Notes under the pieces: generated by a model
What the model saw: the letters and a program-made list of their open reading frames with translations, nothing else
Databases searched by the model: none
Told to the model about the DNA's origin: nothing
Made by a program: the position numbers and the translations under genes
Part shown: positions 37,475-51,060 of the stretch, in pieces
Layout of the letters: every line of letters begins with the position of its first letter
Numbering within the stretch: the first letter of the stretch is position 1
Assembly (NCBI GenBank): GCA_965112155.1
Contig: OZ218100.1
Reading direction: 5' to 3' (one strand)
Source of the DNA: Podarcis liolepis
Taxonomy: Eukaryota
DNA length: 64,000 bases

Positions 37475-40400
37475 CTGGAACAAAAGGAAATCAACACAAA
37501 AAGACTGGGTGATTAAAACAGCATCTGATTGGTAGGATCACAAAACAAGCAACTTGGCAAGTAATGAAAGGGAATATGGAACCTTAGCAAGGTACCCATC
37601 TTTATGAGAGAGGTGTTATGTGAGAAAGGAAAAGGCACTATAGGCAGCTTGGCAAATATTCTCTTTGCACTCTGAACACTGCACCCCATCCACTACTCTG
37701 AATGACTTCATGTTAGTAGAGACCATGAAATGTTGTTAGAAATAGATGGCAGCTTTGTACTGGGTATCCTGATGCTTAAGATCCACAAATGAAGTATATC
37801 AAAAAAGGAAATACACAACGACAATATAAACAAATGGGGTTGTCTCCAGTGAACAACTTCTGCTTGTGGGATGAATTCTCCTCCCCTCCCACTCCATTGC
37901 TCAAAATCTGCTTTCTAGTTTCTCCCAACCCTCCAGAGCTTTAGGGTGCTGGGGGTACAGGGGACGGGGAGGAGAGGGAGAAAAAATACCACTGCATGTG
38001 CGGAAGCTGTTCTGCTCACACAATAACACTGATAGATTCAACCCATGGTAAGTTGCTCATATTTCAAGTCTTGGAAAACTGAACCTTCTTGCAATATATT
38101 TTGAAAGCAGAGAACCATGGCAGAATTCTGAAGAACTGTCAACTTCTAAAGTATGGAGAACTCCCATTTTTTTTTCAACTGCAGCCAGAAACAATAATCT
38201 CTTGTCTCTCTTCCCCATGTCTGGTATGACACAACACATGCTATCATATAGTAAGCAAGCAAGCAAATATTACCTCTCCCAATGGCCTGTACTTCATCAA
38301 TACTAATCAGATTTGGATACTGAACCAAACATTTCTGTGCAAGATTTCTGATAAAGCATTAAAGAATGCCCCCTTAAAGCCCTGCAGACAACCTCTAGGA
38401 TGGGAATGGGGAACCTGTGGCCCTTTGGACATTGTTAGCTTACCAACATTTGTAAATTACCCACTATCATAGATATACACAGTGCTGCATCTGGGACTAC
38501 TTGACTATTTGAGCATTTTTAAAGAGGTGCAAAATGAATGAACTATGCATATACAACTCTGAACAGCTCCCACACTTTACAAAACAGCCTCATCCAGTCA
38601 AGATTCCCTGGCATGTGTACCTGGGCATTTAACAATGCAAAAGTATGCTGTCCACAGGGTAAACCAGAGACAGGGCAACTGAGGCCCTTCAGATGCTGCT
38701 GGACTTTAATTCCCATCAACCCTGGATGAAGCTGGTGGGAGCTGCACTTTGGACAGCCATAGGTTTGTAGTCAAGTCGTGAAGTAGCAAAACATTAAAAT
38801 TTAATTTAAAATAATTTGTGTCATTCATGATTTAATCATATCAAAAGGAAGAAGAGAGGGGGAAAGAAGGTTCTCATGACTACTTTCTGTGAATTGTTAT
38901 GTACTGTATGGTCTACAAAAAATAAAACAATGCAGGGAAGCAATTGTCATGCATAATGCCCCACTGCAGACAATCTTCTCTCCGCTAAATAAGCCAAGAT
39001 AAACAAGCCTTTTGCACCCCACACTGAGCCCCTTTGCTTCTTCCTTTTGCAGCACAAGCAATTAAACCAGGCAACATCAAATAATGCCAGGATATTAAAC
39101 CAGACCGTGCTCTAAGATCCTGGCTGGTTCTAAACTTTGCTTAACTGAAGATTTCTACATTGCAGCATGTAAATGCCCCTAGAAGGAGCAATGAACTCAT
39201 TCATATCACACCTTATAGGCAAAGATGCAATTGTGTGAATGTGGTCAGTAGGGTTCATGGGAAATCAACAGCCACCACATTTGTAAACCAAAACCGCAGG
39301 CTGGCAGAAGGTAGAAGAAAGAAATCACAACACATTATACATGGTCAGTGATGTGTCCTGCAGCCTTGTAATCAGTGAAGAATCTGACAATAAAAGTCCC
39401 TAGGAAGTAGTGCAATAGGGCCAACAGTAGTAGCATTTAGGCATCCCCAGAGAGAATCTACTCAGATAACAGCCACTGAGGCTACAGAGTGATGCTTATG
39501 TGACTCTGAGCTATTGTCCCGTGGAGGACCTAGTTAAGTGAGGCAGAATTAAATTCAAACCAGGAGGAACTTATCATCTGCTGCTGTTATAAGGTAAAAC
39601 AAAAAAGGAACTGCAAACTAAGGAGCCAGGGGAAATGATCACATTTATCCGAGAAGGGAAGGCTCTCTTCAAACCTAAATGACAGCAGTGGCTTCAAAAG
39701 ATGGAATGTAGAGTGACAAGAGGGATTTCATATGCAAACATACACATTTTAGACTGGAGTTCCAAGAAAAATCTCAAATGAAATTGTATAAAGACTGAAG
39801 TTGCAGCACTTTAATATGTGAAAGTCCACCAAGAAAGTGTAAATCACACCTAATCATTCTTACATTTCTCTCTGCTGTATAATATTAGGCAGAAGCAGGT
39901 GACATGGATATACAAAGTTTATATTAGAGAAATATGCATCTTCAATTATATATCACTGGCAAAAAAGGAAAGCTCCATGACCCATCAGAAAAGCATTCCC
40001 TGGAGAAACCTCAAGCCTTTTATTTTATAAAACCAATATTTATATATATATTATTGAAGTTCTCAAGTTTTCAAGTACACAAAAATACTGTTCACATTAT
40101 TAATCATATCTACATCCTGCCCCTTTCCCTCAAAAGCTGAGGGCAATGCACTCAGGATGGGTGATTCATTACCAATAAATTATTCCAAATGGGACACAAG
40201 GATCTTCAGCACTATGAGCCTGCACTCCAAATTAACAGATTAGGTTTTTTTGTGTTGTTGTTGTTGCTTTAACAATAAATAAATAAAAATAAACTATATA
40301 CAACTCCTGGCTTCAGTGGAATTTAGCCAACATGAACGGAAAGTCATGCTGGTGCAGGTGGTACTATGGCCAATACACCGTCACATTCATAGATAAATGA

Positions 40401-42048
40401 GAATTTACATCCCTCAGTAGCTGTCTCAGTGCCAATGGAGAAAACATGGACTGACTGCTAATGCCTTGGTTGCAATCATATGTATGCAATTAGGCTGGCT
40501 GAATTCCACTGAAGTCAAGAAGATTTAAACAAAGATTGCACCCACTGTCAGAAGTTACATGTTCATACTGCTTACTCAAATAAACTAGATGTATACCATG
40601 CAGTATATGTATATATAACTAACAAAGGAAACAAAAGCATCTTACCACCTGTTTTTTCTTAAAATGTACTGAAGCAATCCTAAAAATATACAAGATTCTA
40701 TCCCCTTTTGGCAGTGTCATTAAAGCAGAAGACAAACATGTGGGCTTTCAACTCCATAGTCAAAGGCTGTAAACTTTAACACTCAGCAGGAAGTAAGTCC
40801 AGCAGAACACAATGAGGCTTACTTGAGAGTAAACATGGAAAATGATTCTGACTGTTGCATATGAGTGAGCTGCACAAGTTCCAAGGCTCTAGTTTTCAAC
40901 TGGTAGGTCAAGAACCAGGATGGCATCATACTTTAGTATAACTATAGTAAAAACAAACCACAGCTACTTGGGACCAGACACCACAAGGAACTATGTTTAA
41001 CTTAAAACTGAAAGTGGACGTTCTTGATCTCCTGTGGTATACAAAAGAGAAGGAATGGGATGGGGGATGTGCATGATCAAGGCTCATGGCAAGTTCTTGC
41101 TTCTCCTGAAGCAAACCAGACTGCATGTATCTGAGGTCTGGATTCCATCTAGGTTAATCATAAGGACACTTTATTAAGCTTGGACTTAACCTACTGCAGT
41201 TTCTGTTTGGAACAACTGATATAAAAAGAACTCTTATCTTTCACAGGAGCAATATGTTATGATGACAGACTCAACAAACTACTGTACTTGTAAAGTACTA
41301 GGAAATCAATGGTCAAAACATTGCAAGCACTACTATTAGAGATCAGAGTATGCACGCTGGATACAAAGGGGGAGGGATGTAAAAAGCCAGACTGCTGTGA
41401 TCAAAGAAAAGAAAGCTATTTTTATGGGAACACTATCAGGAGCACAGAAAAAGAACATTGGAAAGATACTTTCCTACAAGAGCTATAATAAAGAGAGACA
41501 TCTTCTGAAGAATGATGTAATGCTGGATGTACTGTAAGCACTAGCTAATTTGCAGAATTGAGTCTGGAGGGACTGAACCTGCAGCAATTCCCCCTGAATC
41601 ATGTGTCACCACAGTTGCAGGGCAGCAATGAGACAGAACAAGATGAGGCATAAATTGCTTACAAGACTCTGGTCGTGAAAGAAAAGGAAAAGGCAAGGAG
41701 ATCTTTATGAATTAACTTTATAGTAAAGGGGGGAAGTAAAGAGGTGTGAAGCAAGAAATCTTTAAAAGCAATGTTGTGTAACAGCAATACACCTGGGAAT
41801 CCAGTAAGGATTGATTTAAGAAGGTAGCGACTTAGGGCCTAAGCAAAGTGCTATAGAAAACAGGCTTAGTTAGCAGCGTTGCCTCCAACGCAGGCAAGAG
41901 ACAGGAAGAATTCAAAACTCCAGAGCTGCCAGCCTATTCAGCGGGAGGAAAGTAATTTCCACGAGTAATTTTTTTAAAGGGGGAAGTAAACGAGTTACAA
42001 GCACAAAAGACTACTCTCGTTGGAGATCTCTCTTATCCATTTATCTAT

Positions 42049-42290
42049 CTATCATCTAATTATTTATTCATTTATTTAAGTTCTATACCTCCCTTATCCA
42101 AAGATCTCAGGGCACTTCACAGCATAAAAATGCAAAATAAGAACACAGAGCAGCACTAATAAAAACAAGAACATGAACAAAACAAACCCATACTGCCCCT
42201 CCCACAAAAACATTTAAAAGGGCATAGAACGTTAATCAGCTGACAGCCTAGTTGAAGAGGAACATTTTCGCCTGGCACCTAAAGATATAG
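42049..42290 (-). mobile_element. Old L2-like 3' end
   Basis: Reverse (AAAT)n tail, A-rich UTR, and aggaacattttcgcctggcacctaaa, which would correspond to an FRxQAKxFLF-type ORF end. Confidence 0.5.
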
Positions 42291-42381
42291 GTACAGAGAG
42301 ACAGGAAGTGTTCTTAAGGAAGGATGGTCTCATGCTTTGCACATCTACTGAGAAACAACAGCCACTCCCTGTTTCCTAGAG

Positions 42382-42832
42382 CAGGAGTCTTCAACTTTTT
42401 CAGACCCAGGATCCACCTTTAATACAAACTTGCATTGGGAGCCCACTCCTTAATTCTCCACTGCCCTCCCCCCCATTCCCCAATAAGAAGAGGAGGAGGA
42501 GGAGGAGTTTGGATTTAATATCCCGCTTTATCACTACCCTGAGGAGTTTCAAAGCGGCTAACAACCTCCTTTCCCTTCCTCCCCCACAACCTTGAGTGAG
42601 GCTGAGTGAGGCTGAGAGACTTCAGAGAAGTGTGACTGGCCCAAGGTCACCCAGCAGCTGCATGTGGAGGAGCAGGGAATAGAACCCGGTTCACCAGATT
42701 ACGAGTCTATCGCTCTTAACCACTACACCACAGGGGCTAACATTTGTATGTTAGCAGTGCTGCTGTTGCAACTCGCCGTGGATCAGGCCATAACCCAGTG
42801 GTGAGTCACAACCCACCTGTTGAAGACCAGTG
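42382..42832. mobile_element. Old hAT-like MITE hosting a SINE
   Basis: Ends CAGGAGTCTTCAAC / GTTGAAGACCAGTG (12/14). No clear TSD. Confidence 0.45.
42486..42733 (-). mobile_element. CORE-type (MIR-like) tRNA SINE with L2-like tail
   Basis: Minus strand: A box tggtgtagtggttaagagc, B box gggttctattccc, CORE gggtgaccttgggccagtcac, 3' end gcgggatattaaat similar to the L2 end at about 49091-49101, and a (CTC/CTT)n tail. Confidence 0.82.
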
Positions 42833-45052
42833 CCCTTCACTAGTGCAAAATACATGGGTGGAAATCACCGGCCATTCATTATATTACAGATCTGTGTATA
42901 TATATTCAACATGTAATGAACAAAGTTGCCCAAAGACTAAACATGGGGTGTGAGTGTGTGGCTATTCCACTCTTCCAAAACAAAGATCAATATTTTTTAT
43001 TACTCATATTCATCTATCATGCACAAATCCTTGGCCAAAAAAAGAAGAAGTTCCTCTCAAACAAAGATGTATTTGACTTCCAAATCTTCTAGGGTTGGGC
43101 ACTGGCAAACTGCTAGCTCTCATATATCACACAGGCAGGCTGATTTATGGGCATTCAGAATCTGAGTAGGTTCTCACTTGTAAATCTTAATGCATGGGGA
43201 TGAAAGACAGTTATACAAGACTACAGTGATCTATCAATTGCCAGGAAGTAAAAGGAGCATATAGGATTGGAGAGGTACAAACATTCATGCTTAGGGTCAC
43301 ATCTGAAGCCATCTAATCTAGCAACCCTTTCCCCCCATTTTTTGTTTAAGTTTGATGTATCCCATCTAAACTAGCCTGAAAAATACTTAAGGGGATTCAC
43401 CCAACCAGCCCTGTCGGCAAAGCCCTGTGCAAGGAGTTCCGCTTGTGCCATGGAGTCTCTCCTCCCCCTGTATACCTTGAAATTGGCTCAAGGGAGGGGG
43501 TCAGGAGAACCCCCAGGACAGCAGGAGAAGTAGAGGGGGAGTTGTTCCATCTCGCTAGCTGAAATACTTGCACCAATGGAATATCCACCATAGATGTAAA
43601 ATTCCACTATCAGACTGTTTTTCAATATTACAATTGCATCAACTTCACAATGTTCTCTATTGCATTTTGTCTTTCAAAAATAGACTTTTAAAACAGGCAT
43701 TTTGGTGGATGTACCTCTTCAGCTGAAGTGTATTCTTCCTTTAAGGTGAATATGTGGCATTTCCCCCCGCACACTATCTTTTTTCATTTCCTGTTTGCAT
43801 CTGACTATTGCAGACATCCCTCACTACTTTGCTTAGTGGAATCAAACAATTTAGCAGGCTACTTCTTTTTTAAAAGCATGTTTTGTTTGCTTGTTTGACT
43901 GTTTGCCTGCCTGCTTGCTTGCTTGCTTGCTAGCACTGGGCAAGTTTTCCCAATTCTGTGTATCCTTTATGGGTTGAATATGCTAAATTGTTCTACTCTG
44001 CTTATCTTCCAAATGCTTATAAAATAATTTTATAATTACTAATATGCTCTTGCCCCAATGTAATTGCTCCTTTCGTTTGTTCTCATGATTTATTATCTCT
44101 CCCCTACCCCACCCCAGCAGCCCTGGCAATGTGTAATCCTAGGATCCCAAACATGGCACCTGCGAGCCCGCCATTCACAGACATCCCCTTGCTGTTGACT
44201 CTCTGCAACATAAAAGTATGGTAGGCCAGGGAGAAGGAGAAAGAAACAATACATTTCTTGTTCCTTTCAGCCACCCACTTTTAAAGCCAGACAAAAGATA
44301 GGGGGACACCCAGCTTCCAAAGTTGCTGAGAATCCACAATCTTTAATAAATAGGTTAAACAAATGGCAGGAACGTCTGAAAGTTAGGCCTGTTGCTATGA
44401 TCATGCAAAAAGGGTTGAAGTTGTGCCACACCAATCAGTCAAGCTCTAAATATACAACAGATGCCCAAGATGGCAGACAGCTACATTCCGAACAGCATTT
44501 GCAACCATGAATGCACCATCACCTTGAAGACACTGCTTTTTATAAAGGTACTGTGGCTTACATGGTAGGAAAAGGCAATATCCTCCACAACAGAAGCACC
44601 CTAATCCTCATGATGTCCAGAACAGAAAGCAGAAACGTCTAAATGTACACAATATTCCCTAAACACAGAGAAAAGTCATGAGTTGTAGTTGCAACAAACT
44701 GAACTCAAATTTGTCGTTTTCTTTTTCTATCCTTTAATTGCTATTTTCAGCCAGTTGCTTTAATTATCTGCAACTCCACTAGGAATGACATTTCCCTGTG
44801 GCTGGGAGAAGAAAGGCATCATGCTGCATTAATGCTGATGAGCCTCTCAAAGGGTGAAACCATGGCACCCTCTTCCAGCTTTGGCCTGCCAACTAAGGAG
44901 GCATTTAGCCAGCACCTAAAGCCATTACTGACAGATTACTGACAGGATTACCAGTCATGCTTTAAAAAACCCCACCACATTTTAACCATGGGTGATAACA
45001 CTCCTCATTTCAGATCCACCAAAGTCAAAGGTAGCACCAAGATCTGTGTGGC

Positions 45053-45053
<1 letters not shown>

Positions 45054-45098
<45 letters not shown>
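45054..45098. repeat. (AC)n microsatellite
   Basis: Pure AC run. Confidence 0.95.
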
Positions 45099-45099
<1 letters not shown>

Positions 45100-47472
45100 C
45101 TGCAAAGGCGGGTTAAACCTCTTTGCTCAAGCCAAATGATGTGTTGGTGCCAAGGCTCAACAATGATGGATAGGCTCATTAGTGGTTGCGTTATCAACTA
45201 CTGAACCTAGAGCCAGGGCATATGGTTTAGCAGATGCTCCAAGGAAAGGGCTTTATTGATGGGGGCCACATAGGTGTCGTCTTATGCTGGCCACAGACAA
45301 GAGATCTCAAACGTTGTGAGACAGCTTACCACATTTACTACCATTCCCAAACTGGAAAATAGAATGAAGCAGCTTGGTTCTGAAACCTATTCCTCAGATA
45401 TTTAAACTGAGCTAACCAAAAACACAGAATGTTTTTGGAATCTTCTGCCTGACCCCCAAAACACACATGTGCGCACGTGCATGCACACACAGAGGATTTT
45501 AGTGTTCTGAATTACCTGGTCTTGTTTTGGACATGAAATTAATGTGTTCCAAAAAGCTTTGCTGTTTAACTCAGAAGTATGTTCCAACTAAGTTCAGTAG
45601 AACATGCTAGTATGTGTGCTTAGACTTTCAATCTTCCCACACAGTAGAACACAGGATCAGGCAGCCCAAGTTTTAAACATTTGTAGGCAGGCAAGGGGTG
45701 ACATAACTGGGCTCCTGAGCCCCACAGGGATGCCACAGAAAGAATGTAGTTGGCCAAGGTAGCTGTGGACTCAAAAGGTTGAAAACCTCTGGGAGTGGAC
45801 CTTTTGGGAAAAGATCACAGCCACAGTAGGTTCACAGTCCCACTGCAATATCCAAGATAGCACTTGGATGTAGCACTACTACATCATATTATAACTGAGT
45901 GATCATCTGTTGAGAAAATACTATCACAGATGAGCTCATGAATTATTTGATCCTATTACTTGACGCAATGAAAGCTAGTTGCAAAGTAATAATTTTCATA
46001 GAACCTTGCAGCCAACTGTGAACTTGCCCTCTATAATTCTGAATAGGTTACTTTCATATATAATAGGCAGATTTGCTTTTCAACATGATTTGTAGTTAAA
46101 ATATCTCAAAGTTTCCATCTATTTATCATCCTATGTGAAGAAGCACTTTCAGGAATATTTACTTGCCGTCAGAATCCTACAATAAAGAGGTGAGACATCA
46201 ACCTGGGTTTCGAAATAAGCATTAACAACAACTTTTAAACAGATCTGCAATGGGTTGCAAGCTAGGTATTAAAATCACTCAGTACTGTGTGGATCCCTGT
46301 TGGTTTAGGAATTGGAGTATTGCTCCTTATGCCTGTGGCTCTTTTTGGATAAGCCATCTGGCTCAGGTCCCCTTCAGTGGTAGTCTCTCTACTCATATTC
46401 AACTATATAGAGGGAGCTATGTGGAGGTCACCACCCCCAACTTGGTGAGGTGAGCTGCTTAGGCCACTCCTTCTCTCATGGAGCCTCAAAACTTCGATTG
46501 GTAGATAGTTTCATTGACCAGCAAAGTCTTTTATAACCAAACCTCTCCAAAGAACTGTATTGAACACCCCCATCTTTATGGAGCCTAATTGTTCAGGGAT
46601 TTTTTGTTCGAACTTTTGCAGATTAAATTTGTCTCCCCTAGAAGCACACCCTTTACTAGGATTATGCACATGAATTCCTTCACAGCTTCCAATATGTAAG
46701 AAGTGGTACAGTATCCCACCCACTGGCCATGCCCCCATATGATGACGTGCCTTTTGGCTGTGTGCCCCAGTGACCACACAAGGTTAGTGAGCAAATCCTA
46801 TCACATTACTTCTTGGGGTTTGGGGGGGGGGGTTGGAAATTGTTGTGCTTCGTTATCTTGTAAACTATCTTGGTGGGTTGAATTTTTAATGAAATAAACA
46901 TGTTTATTGTTTTCAACAAAAAGGAGAGGAAATCTAATTATGTAATTTAGACAAAACAAAACATATGTTTGCTAAAACAGCTTTTGTCTGTTTGTTAAAC
47001 AATCTACCCTAGAGAATAAAAATGAAATAATCTGACATCAATCTGATATGGAGGACTGCACACTATGGAAACTTTCCAGTTGGCCCTTTTTAACCACATT
47101 GCATCAACATTTATCTAGGTTGCACAGAGTGGTTAACATAAGTACTTGCACACTGCCATTGTTAGCACCTTAGCTATGACAATTATACAGGTTCTTTTAA
47201 TGTGTGTTCACTTTGGCACTCCTAATACTCTGCTTCTTTATAATGATTTTTTTGTGCTTATCTAAGTGTTGTTTTATTAGTGTTCCCCATTTAATGGAAA
47301 CTCTTAGTCCCTAGTGATACAGCCTGCAATTACTGAACTGGTCATGTAAAGTCAAATAAAACTATGCTTAAGTCACTGAAATCGAATGTTTACAGTTATC
47401 ACATTGAAGCAGAAGGCATGAGCAGTACCATTATCTGTCATCTCATTTTATTTTACTCATTAGTAACAAACG

Positions 47473-47670
47473 TCATGGAGGATAAGGCTATCAATGGCTA
47501 TGTTACACCTCCACCGTTAAAGGCAATATGCCTATGAATATCAGCTGGTAGAAATCAGAAGTGAGGACAGTGGTGCTGAGCTCCAGTTCTGCGTATGTGC
47601 TTTCCACAAGCATATATGAAAAGAGGATACTGGATTAGATGGACCCTTGGCCTGATCCGGCATGACTTTT
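47473..47670 (+). mobile_element. Old CR1-like 3' UTR fragment
   Basis: catggaggataaggctatcaatggcta...ggatactggattagatggacccttggcctgatcc; homologous to 16114-16290. Confidence 0.55.
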
Positions 47671-48137
47671 GTGATTGTACTTCAACCTGTTCTAAAATCT
47701 GGAATTATTTAATTCAGTTGCATCACATGGATGAAGTTTAACATTCTGTTTAAAATCAAGGTATAATTTGCTATCAACTTCAATCAAATAGTTTTACAAG
47801 ATCACAGATACATATGCCCCGCTTATCCGCAAGTACCATACAATTTTTCCTCACCTCACTGAAAAGGAATTCCAAGTTTAGCACATTGCTCCCCAGGACT
47901 GCATTTTCCCCATTTTTTTAAGTCTAAAACATATTGCTGACATTTTTAGGGTGGTTATGGTGCCTAAATAAAATAATTGTGTAGAGAGCATTCTACTGCA
48001 GAGAATATTCACTGCAGTGTAATAGCAATTTCACATAATACCTTGATTATAAGAAAGGGCTACAATTGAGCTATCACAGAACACAGAGCCCATGAATAGA
48101 GAGATATTTGATGAAATAAAAAGTGTATCACTGCATC

Positions 48138-48846
48138 CATAGCTGTCAACCGTCCCTTATTTGGCAGGAAACTCCCTTATCCTAGCGCCATTTCCTGCTG
48201 CTGTCCCGAACTGATGATGTTTCTTAAATTTCCCAGGTTTCATGCTCACCCGGCTCGGGAGGGAAGCAGCAGCTTGGGGTCCTCTGCCTTGTGAGAGCGC
48301 GCACACGAGCTGCCTTGTCTCTGCCTCTCCCTTTTCCCCCTCAGGGGCACGTCATGAGGAGACGGGTGGCGGTGGGCAGACAGGAAGCCCCTCTCTTGCG
48401 AGACTTCTGCCGCACTGCCAGGGGAAGCCGGAGGCGGCAGCTGAGGAGGCGGCCTGAGGAGGCAGCCTGAGGGAGGAGGAAGAGGCGGGGGTGGGGAGGG
48501 ATGCAGAAGGGCAGCGCTTCAGCGGCCACCACAGCGCCGCAACCACCTCATGCCGGGCTCGCGGGCGGCATGGGCGAGAGTCTCTCTCCCTCCCTCCCTC
48601 TCTCTCGTGCAGGGAAGGGCCAATGGAACTCCTCGCGCCAGGACGACGGCAGCCCCGACGTGCTGCTTAGCATACCCTCCAACCAGTGCAGCATTTTAAT
48701 GTAGTGATTTTCCCCTCTGCATCCCTTTGCTGGGTTGCTGCGCTGTGGGAACCACCGCTTGAGGCTTCGTTTGGCTGCTGGTTGACTAAAATCCCTTATT
48801 TTGGCTGCTGGTCCCTTATTTTCAAATCTGTAAGTTGACAGCTATG
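48138..48846. mobile_element. 709-bp non-autonomous hAT transposon, CpG-rich
   Basis: Perfect 13-bp TIR CATAGCTGTCAAC / GTTGACAGCTATG. Perfect 8-bp TSD ACTGCATC at 48130-48137 and 48847-48854. Subterminal TCCCTTAT motif twice at each end. Confidence 0.95.
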
Positions 48847-49036
48847 ACTGCATCTTCTACTCATGTGAGTCAGATTTTGTTCATAAAAGTGGGGGACTCA
48901 AAAGCATTGCAGTTGTATAAGTACAACCATCTTTTAATATGAAAGAAATGAAAATTAAAAATAAAGCAAAAAAAATTATATTGGAAAGCATTTTTCAGTT
49001 ATGTGACTTATCCTGTATAAACCAGAAAAAGTAGTA

Positions 49037-49086
<50 letters not shown>

Positions 49087-50890
49087 TTATTTATATCCCG
49101 CCCTCCCCAGCTGAAGCTGGGCTCAGGGCGGCTAACAACAATAAAACAGTACAAAAGTACAGCATAAACAACACTGTAAAATCATTCATTATAAAATTAA
49201 TTAATTCAAGTCACTGGCAACCATTGGGCCAGAGCTCCGCAAAGATTGCCAAAGGAGGGAGTCAGGCTGTGCCCTGGCCAAAGGCCTGGTGGAACAGCTC
49301 TGTCTTGCAGGCCCTGCGGAAAGATGTCAAGTCCCGCAGGGCCCTGGTCTCTTGTGACAGAGTGTTCCACCAGATCGGAGCCACAGCCGAAAAAGCCCTG
49401 GCTCTAGTTGAGGCCAGCCTAACTTCTCTGTGGCCTGGGACCTTCAAGATGTTTTTATTTGAGGACCGTAAGTTTCTCTGTGGGGCATACCAGGAGAGGC
49501 GGTCCTGTAGGTACGAGGGTCCTAGGCCGTATAGGGCTTTAAAGGTTAAAACCAGCACCTTAAACCTGATCCTGTACTCCACCGGGAGCCAGTGCAGCTG
49601 GTATAGCACCGGGTGAATGTGATCTCGCAGCGAAGACCTCATAAGGAGTCTCGCTGCAGCATTCTGCACCCACTGGAGTTTCTGAGTCAGTCTCAAGGGC
49701 AGCCCCACGTAGAGCGAGTTACAATAATCCAGTCTGGAGGTGACCGTCACGTGGATCACAGTGGCTAGGTCAGGGCGAGAGAGGTAAGGAGCCAACTGCT
49801 TAGCTTGGTGGAGATGGAAAAATGCTGCCTTTGTTATAGCTGCAATCTGCGTCTCCATGGAAAGGGAGGTGTCGAAGATTACACCCAAACTCTTAACGGA
49901 CGGTGCTAGCACTAATTGCGCCCCCGCAAGAGATGGGAGTTGTCCCTCCAATCCCATATTGTCCCGTCCCAGCCACAGGATCTCTGTCTTCGAAGGATTT
50001 AGCTTCAACTGGCTCCCACGTAACCATCCAGCCACAGCTTCCAAACATCTGGCCAGTGTGTCTGGGGCCGAGTCAGGATGGCCATCCATCAACAGATAGA
50101 GTTGGGTGTCATCGGCATACTGATGGCAACCCAGCCCAAAACTCCGAACAAGCTGGGCGAGGGGGCGCATAAAGATGTTGAAAAGCATCGGGGAGAGTAT
50201 CGCACCCTGAGGTACTCCACACACCAAGGAGTGGCGCGATGACAATTCCCCCTCCAAGCACCACCCTCTGTCCCCGGCCAGAGAGAAACGAGCGCAGCCA
50301 TTGAAGGACTGTGCCCTGGATCCCCCACATCGGCAAGGCGGTGGTCCAGAAGTTCGTTATCGACCATGTCGAAAGCTGCTGACAGATCTAGAAGAATCGG
50401 CAGCCCCGACCCACCTCGATCCAGCTGTCTACGAAGATCATCTGTTAGGGCAACCAGAGCCGTCTCGGTCCCATGACCAGCGCAGAAGCTGGACTGGAAT
50501 GGATCCAGAGCCGATGTTTCATCCAGAAACCCACCAAGCTGTTCAGCAACCACTCTCTCAATCACCTTACCCAGGAACGGAAGATTCGAAACCGGGCAGT
50601 AATTGGATAGATCTAAAGGATCTAATGATGTTTTCTTTAAGAGCGGGCGCACCACTGCCTCCTTCAGTTCCCCTCGGAATGTCCCCATGCTAAGGGACAA
50701 ATTGATGATATCCCCCAGGAGGGCCTGCACCTCGTCTGGACAGGCTCTAATCAGCCAAGACGGGCACGGGTCGAGAGGACAGGTGGTGGGCTTTCCAGCT
50801 CGGAGGAGTCTGTCCACATCGGCTGGGGCTATCCGGTCGAAGTGGTCCAATACTGGACCCGAGGACAGTCGAGGGGCCTCCAGTTCCATT
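49037..50890 (-). mobile_element. Young 5'-truncated L2 LINE (~1.85 kb) with RT domain, 3' UTR and (TTA)n tail
   Basis: ORFs 50089..50919, 50109..50336 and 49262..50257 together give an RT: NYCPVSNLPFLGKVIERVV, HGTETAL, LLDLSAAFD, GVPQGAILSP, YADDTQLY, SRLDYCN. Two frameshifts, near 50324 and 50250. The 5' boundary is approximate. Confidence 0.95.
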
Positions 50891-50944
50891 TTTTGTTTTT
50901 GCAAGATGTATGCCCACAAATGGACCCCACTGAATCAGCCTTAC

Positions 50945-51060
50945 CTGGAGCCATAACTTGTTATTCACTGCATCCCTCCCTGTAGCAATGCACTGAAATG
51001 TAGCATTCTGGCCTGCATTGACCTCCACATCCCCAAGCCTCAAGAAGTGAGGAGATTTAT
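50945..51060 (-). CDS. PTPRK: PTPRK coding exon (116 nt, probably exon 5), first half of Ig domain
   Basis: Encodes (D)[38 protein letters not shown] inside ORF 50747..51145. Acceptor cag at 51061-51063, donor CAG|gtaagg. Phase 1 to 0. Confidence 0.98.

Noticed and set aside
37836-38045. Possible old MITE family, also near 16680-16820, 43393-43590, 27590-27800 and 61180-61445
   Set aside because: They look repeat-derived but are too diverged to fix boundaries, TIRs or TSDs by eye.
42675-42733. tRNA-like sequences here and at 34523, 52640 and 56380
   Set aside because: These are SINE heads attached to SINE bodies and tails; no complete cloverleaf.
48242-48704. Cluster of short GC-rich ORFs
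   Set aside because: Inside a non-autonomous hAT element; no transposase motifs.
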